Assembly: GCA_041576975.1 (NCBI GenBank)
Contig: JBFGJY010000001.1
Coordinates: 58,772-122,771, forward strand
Length of the DNA stretch: 64,000 nt
Reading direction: 5' to 3'
Source of the DNA: Gammaproteobacteria bacterium
Lineage (GTDB): Bacteria; Pseudomonadota; Gammaproteobacteria; UBA4575
The notes under the pieces were generated by a model. That model made no database searches and had not been told where the DNA came from. It was given only the letters and a program-made list of their open reading frames with translations. The position numbers and the translations under genes were made by a program. Positions 59,307-64,000 of this stretch are shown here, piece by piece. Every line of letters begins with the position of its first letter. Positions within the stretch are counted from its first letter, which is position 1.

Positions 59307-60497
59307 ATGGGCGCAATATCTGTTGCAAATATAAATCATAATTCGTCACAGCTAGCGGTTGCTTCATATGCTGCTCAAGATGCTTTCTCAAAGGGTCGTC
59401 TATATAACGAAACAAAAGCAACATATCGAGGTGAATTTCAACGCGATCGTGAACGCATCATTCATAGCACCGCTTTTCGCAGGCTTGAATATAAGACTCA
59501 AGTCTTTGTTAATCACGAAGGTGACTTATTTCGTACGCGACTCACACATTCTATCGAAGTTGCTCAAATAGCACGCGCAATTGCGCGCGCACTAAACCTT
59601 AATCAGGACCTCTGTGAAGCAATAGCACTTGCACATGACCTTGGCCACACTCCGTTTGGACATGCTGGACAAGATGCGCTAAATGAGTGTATGCGTGAAC
59701 AGGGTGGTTTCGAGCATAATTTACAATCCTTACGCGTAGTAGATAAGCTTGAGCTTAAGTATCCACAATATCCTGGTCTAAATTTAACCTTTGAAACAAG
59801 AGAAGGCATTCTTAAGCATTGCTCTCAAATAAATGCAGAAAAATTAGGATCATTAGGCCAACGATTTCTACAACGATCACAGCCGAGTTTAGAAGCACAA
59901 CTTACCAATATAGCTGATGAGATCGCTTATAATAATCATGATATTGATGATGGGTTACGTGCTGGTCTTATAACTGTTAAACAATTGAATGACACCGAGT
60001 TATTTAGTGGACACTTTGCTATGACTACAAGAGAATTTCCTAATATCAGCGAGCGCAGAAAAATCTATGAATCTATTCGCCGTATCATTAATGATTTAGT
60101 TACTGATTTAATAATTACTAGTCAAGCAGCCATTATGCAAAAAAAACTCGCTACCATTGATGACGTTCGTGCAACAAAGAAGCCATTGATCCAATTTAGT
60201 GAGGCCATGCTCCAAAAGAATCGTGAGCTAAAATCTTTTTTAAACAAAAACTTATACCAGCACTATCGTGTGCACCGAATGAGCAAGAAAGCCAAAAAAA
60301 TAATTTTCGATTTGTACACTGCATTTTTTAATGATACACACCTTATGCCTAATGAATATCGTGACAACGCGAATTTATCCCGGCAAAAAAAAGGGGATGC
60401 TGGACATGCGCGAGTTGTATCAGATTATATTGCGGGTATGACTGACAGATATGCAATTGCAGAGCACGAGCGAATATTCAATGCAAGAATCATTTGA
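59307..60497 (+). CDS. dGTPase-like deoxyguanosinetriphosphate triphosphohydrolase family (HD domain) protein
   Basis: FQRDRERIIHSTAFRRLEYKTQVF, RLTHS.EV.QIAR, HDLGHTPFGH and the C-terminal DYIAGMTDRYA; 396 aa. Confidence 0.9.
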   Translation: MGAISVANINHNSSQLAVASYAAQDAFSKGRLYNETKATYRGEFQRDRERIIHSTAFRRLEYKTQVFVNHEGDLFRTRLTHSIEVAQIARAIARALNLNQDLCEAIALAHDLGHTPFGHAGQDALNECMREQGGFEHNLQSLRVVDKLELKYPQYPGLNLTFETREGILKHCSQINAEKLGSLGQRFLQRSQPSLEAQLTNIADEIAYNNHDIDDGLRAGLITVKQLNDTELFSGHFAMTTREFPNISERRKIYESIRRIINDLVTDLIITSQAAIMQKKLATIDDVRATKKPLIQFSEAMLQKNRELKSFLNKNLYQHYRVHRMSKKAKKIIFDLYTAFFNDTHLMPNEYRDNANLSRQKKGDAGHARVVSDYIAGMTDRYAIAEHERIFNARII

Positions 60498-61977
60498 AGA
60501 TAGCTACAACCCAGATCCAATCCTAAATCTAGATGCCGATTTTATATCGGTAGAATGTCTTGAGAAGTTAGGTCTGGATGAAAATCCGTTTATTGATCAT
60601 GCAAGAGACCCCTTTCTATTCATTGACGAACAACTTGAGATGTCGATTAATGTATTAATGGACTATTTGCAAAATCAAAACTCGACCCTTGTTTTATTAG
60701 GAGAGATAGGGATAGGTAAAACCACACAATTACGCGCACTACTTAGAAAAGGCTATCAACACTTTAACTTTTGTACCCTTAGAGCAAAACCCAAGACTTC
60801 TTTCGCTGATGTCGAAAAAAAGATACAAGAACGCTGGCGATTACCAGAACAAGATATTGATGAAACATTACAAATTGATGAATACATTAAACGATACATA
60901 GAAACAGACAAACATCCCGTACTGATCATAGATGATGCACATCGCTTGCAAAACCAAGTCCTTGATGCCTTATTACAATTAAAACACCGAGTCGGTCTGC
61001 AATCTCCTCAAGCCCTCGGATTAGTGCTAGCATCTGAACCGAGCATTCAAACTCAACTTGCAGAACTTGAACAAATCAACCCAGCTGCTACCCAAATTTA
61101 TCAAATCAACGCACGCGCATTTGATGCTACACAATGCGAAAATTATATTAATTATCGATTAAAAAAAGCAGGAGCAATAGATGGGGCTTTATTCACTCCT
61201 GAACAGATTCAGGAGTTTTATACCAAATCTCAAGGCTTGCCGAGAATAATAAACAAACTCGCGCGCGAAGCTCTTTCTAAACAATGCCAACAAAACTCTC
61301 AAAGTACAACATCAGCATTTAAATTTGCTTCAAACCCTAGTATGCGCCTAGGATTAATTTTAGCAGGCTTAATCGGTCTTGCTTTCATTATTGGAACATT
61401 GTCAAAAAAGCCCCCGCAAGACGTTGAGCTTGATCTCAAGAAAACTGAAATGGAACATGAAACTAAACCAAAGGAAGTGGTCGAGCTAGATACCGAAACA
61501 TCTTCTGAAACCGAAATATCATCTGAATTTGACAATCAAACTGCTCCAATAAGCAAACCGCAGGAAATATCTAAACCATATGTAGCACCTTTAGTGTTAG
61601 CGCCTTTACAAATTGAAAACAAAGTAGACACTAAAGTAATACAAGAGCAAACAACCAAAAATAAAAGCGAAGTTCAAACACAGCCATTTACGCCCGATTG
61701 GCTGCTTAAACAAAAGCCCGATACATATACAATACAAATCGTTGCTTCACCTAGCCAAGAAAATCTATTTGCATTTGCTAAAAAGCATTTAGAAGGTAAA
61801 CAAACCGCTTACTATCAAAAATCAGGCCAAAATAAACAATGGTTTATTTTAGTATATGGAATTTTCCCAACTCGTGAGGAAGCCCTTACTACAATTGATG
61901 CTTTACCTCCCAGCCTTCAGAAAAACCAACCCTACCCACTGCAAATCAACAAAATTCAACAAGTAATACGTCAATAA
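60481..61977 (+). CDS. ExeA-like AAA ATPase - TM - SPOR domain protein (DamX/PA5037-position homologue)
   Basis: Walker A GEIGIGKTT, Walker B VLIIDDAH, one TM helix (LGLILAGLIGLAFIIGTL), an E/T/K/Q-rich linker and a C-terminal SPOR-like domain (YTIQIVASPSQENLFAFAKK...WFILVYGIFPTREEA). The track start is 60451; the ATG at 60481 is also possible. Confidence 0.75.
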   Translation: MQESFEDSYNPDPILNLDADFISVECLEKLGLDENPFIDHARDPFLFIDEQLEMSINVLMDYLQNQNSTLVLLGEIGIGKTTQLRALLRKGYQHFNFCTLRAKPKTSFADVEKKIQERWRLPEQDIDETLQIDEYIKRYIETDKHPVLIIDDAHRLQNQVLDALLQLKHRVGLQSPQALGLVLASEPSIQTQLAELEQINPAATQIYQINARAFDATQCENYINYRLKKAGAIDGALFTPEQIQEFYTKSQGLPRIINKLAREALSKQCQQNSQSTTSAFKFASNPSMRLGLILAGLIGLAFIIGTLSKKPPQDVELDLKKTEMEHETKPKEVVELDTETSSETEISSEFDNQTAPISKPQEISKPYVAPLVLAPLQIENKVDTKVIQEQTTKNKSEVQTQPFTPDWLLKQKPDTYTIQIVASPSQENLFAFAKKHLEGKQTAYYQKSGQNKQWFILVYGIFPTREEALTTIDALPPSLQKNQPYPLQINKIQQVIRQ

Positions 61978-62222
61978 TTGGACAAACCAACACTAGCAAG
62001 ATTTGACTCTTCGAGACAAAATCGACATTGAATGCCTTCTTGACGGACCATATACTGGTTGGCCTCATGAAAGTGTCTAATTTAATTATGTGTATAGTGA
62101 CAAATATAATTACCAGAAAAAGCTGTATTTCTCCTCACAAAAGCATAGATCCTTACACTCAGCAATTCATTGCAAAACGTAAAGATCTGAATTGCCATAC
62201 ATGATAAACAGCTTAATTACTA

Positions 62223-63932
62223 GTGACTACAAGAATTCCACAAGCTTTTATTGATGAGCTAATCAATCGTACCGATATCGTTGAGCTAATCGATAGCTAC
62301 GTTTCACTGAAACAGAAGGGCAAAGAATTTATTGCTTGTTGCCCTTTTCATAATGAAAAAACACCATCTTTCACCGTTAGTCCTGAAAAGCAGTTTTATC
62401 ATTGTTTCGGCTGTGGTGCACATGGCACAGCATTAGGTTTTTTAATCGAATATGAACATCTTGAATTTGTTGAAGCGGTCGAGACACTTGCTCAAAAACT
62501 GGGGCTTGAAGTTCCTCAAAATGAGACTTTGACAATTAAAAACGATCATCAAGATCTACTTGTTCTTCTTGAACAGGCAAATGTGTATTACCAAAAAATG
62601 TTGCGTGAACATCAAAAGGCAATTGAATATTTAAAAACGCGTGGAGTAAGTGGTGAAGTTGCAGCTAAATTTGGCTTAGGCTTTGCACCAGATGGTTTTG
62701 GTAATTTGCTAAGTCAATTTGAAAACGCAGCGACTGAAGAACAACTAATCAAGACTGGATTAATAAAAAAGAACGACAAAGGTAATAAATATGACCGTTT
62801 TAGAAACAGAATTGTATTCCCAATTAAAGATCGTCGTGGACGTGTAATTGGATTTGGCGGCAGAGTCTTAGGTGACGAAGTACCTAAATATTTAAATTCT
62901 CCTGAAACTCCCCTATTTCATAAGAGCGAAGCTCTTTATGGTTTGTATGAAGCAAGGAAAATAAAAGAAACGACGCAATCTATACTTGTAGTAGAGGGTT
63001 ATATGGATGTTGTAGCATTAGCACAACACGGCATTGAAAATGTAGTGGCCACTCTCGGCACGGCTACTACATCACAACATATACAGCAGCTGTACCGTTA
63101 TACACAAGAAATAATATTTTGTTTTGATGGTGATCGTGCAGGTCGTGATGCCGCCTGGCGCGCAGCTCAGCATACTATTCCTCTATTCAAGGATGGTCTT
63201 GAAGCGAAATTTTTGTTTTTACCCCAGGGTGAAGACCCGGATAGCTTAATTCGTACACGTGGCAAAAAAATCTTCTTAGAATATATGGCGGAAGGCGAGC
63301 CCTTATCAACATTTATATTTGATAAATTAAGTGAAAATATAGATATTCGAACTCCTGCAGGAAAAGCCAGGCTCGCTCAAATAGCGAAACCACTACTAGA
63401 AAAATTCCCCAATGGAGTATTTAAAAATTTAATCTTTGAGGAATTAGAAAAAAAAGTTGGCACCCCAATTCATTATGGTGTAGCGACTGCGTATGAAAAT
63501 AAGCTCAATACTGCGAGACCATCATCTAATAAAACTACTCCGGTTCGATTGGCGATCTCTGCATTGTTACATGAGCCTTCCCTCGCATTAGATATAGAGT
63601 CTGTTACAGAGTTAGAAAAATCTTCTTTAGCTGGAGTGCCACTACTTACAAAAATTATCACGATTTGGAACCAAGAGCCCAAACTCAACGCTGCCGCATT
63701 AATTGAGCGTTTTCGTGACCAGCAAGAGGGGCAACAGATGCAGAAATTGTTAGCCTGGAATCCTCCTGAACTAGACGATCCCAAGCAGGCGTTTATAGAT
63801 GCTATGAGCTGGATCTACCGTAAAACACAAAGCGCGCGAGTTCAGGAACTTATTGAAAAAGAAAGTACAGACGGCCTAAGCGAGGATGAAAGGCACGAAT
63901 TTAGGAACTTACTGCATCAGAAAGCGTCTTAA
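62223..63932 (+). CDS. dnaG: DNA primase
   Basis: GTG start, zinc finger CCPFHNEKTPSF...HCFGCGAHG, TOPRIM (VVEGYMDV, FDGDRAG); 569 aa. Confidence 0.96.
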   Translation: MTTRIPQAFIDELINRTDIVELIDSYVSLKQKGKEFIACCPFHNEKTPSFTVSPEKQFYHCFGCGAHGTALGFLIEYEHLEFVEAVETLAQKLGLEVPQNETLTIKNDHQDLLVLLEQANVYYQKMLREHQKAIEYLKTRGVSGEVAAKFGLGFAPDGFGNLLSQFENAATEEQLIKTGLIKKNDKGNKYDRFRNRIVFPIKDRRGRVIGFGGRVLGDEVPKYLNSPETPLFHKSEALYGLYEARKIKETTQSILVVEGYMDVVALAQHGIENVVATLGTATTSQHIQQLYRYTQEIIFCFDGDRAGRDAAWRAAQHTIPLFKDGLEAKFLFLPQGEDPDSLIRTRGKKIFLEYMAEGEPLSTFIFDKLSENIDIRTPAGKARLAQIAKPLLEKFPNGVFKNLIFEELEKKVGTPIHYGVATAYENKLNTARPSSNKTTPVRLAISALLHEPSLALDIESVTELEKSSLAGVPLLTKIITIWNQEPKLNAAALIERFRDQQEGQQMQKLLAWNPPELDDPKQAFIDAMSWIYRKTQSARVQELIEKESTDGLSEDERHEFRNLLHQKAS

Positions 63933-64000
63933 TAAGCTACCTATATCAGTATTTTCTGATATACTTTCCGGTTTCGCTCAACAATCCCTCAGCACTCGAG

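Overview
This window is a compact, AT-rich chromosomal segment (about 40% GC by eye). The gene content and local synteny look gammaproteobacterial, resembling Legionellales or Pseudomonas arrangements, but the species cannot be determined from the sequence alone. Almost all of it is housekeeping. In order: purH (5' truncated), an AEC transporter, purD, rho, trxA, an NDUFA9-like SDR, an aminopeptidase, cca, uppP, a MidA methyltransferase, a pteridine reductase, a nonsense-inactivated gabT-like gene, folK-folB, rpmB-rpmG, a fatty-acid desaturase, an orphan hydantoinase-A, a GldA/F/G-like ABC trio plus an FkbO/XanB2-type chorismatase, mutM, a DsbA-like protein, ggt, coaD, rsmD, an M16 peptidase pair, ftsYEX, rpoH, and a full aa3 cytochrome oxidase biogenesis cluster (DUF2244-coxB-coxA-small protein-cox11-coxC, DUF2909, SURF1, SCO-like, cox15). 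These are followed by bioC-bioH, plsY, tsaD, rpsU, yqeY, hemE, mrcA, pilMNOPQ, aroK-aroB, a dGTPase-like gene, an AAA-TM-SPOR protein and dnaG. I found no rRNA, tRNA or CRISPR array, no intact mobile element and no recognisable defence system. Six things deviate from a plain core region. (1) About 1.8 kb is inserted between ftsX and rpoH. It carries a decayed phage Nu1-type HTH gene and an output-less pseudo-REC/REC response regulator. (2) A perfect 10+10 bp palindrome overlaps the only TATAAT upstream of rpoH. (3) The pilM start region is duplicated about 50 bp upstream with a 77-bp period, creating a decoy mini-ORF. (4) A full-length gabT-like gene is interrupted by one in-frame TGA and flanked by REP-like palindromes and large spacers. 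(5) A 36-codon membrane ORF absent from the ORF track overlaps the 3' end of coxA. (6) An ExeA-like ATPase fused to a SPOR domain lies next to the pilQ secretin operon. Very tight gene packing (overlapping convergent stops, divergent starts 1 to 29 nt apart) sits alongside long non-coding spacers around pseudogenes, which suggests ongoing reductive evolution. All functional calls come from reading the translations and motifs by eye. No database search was run.
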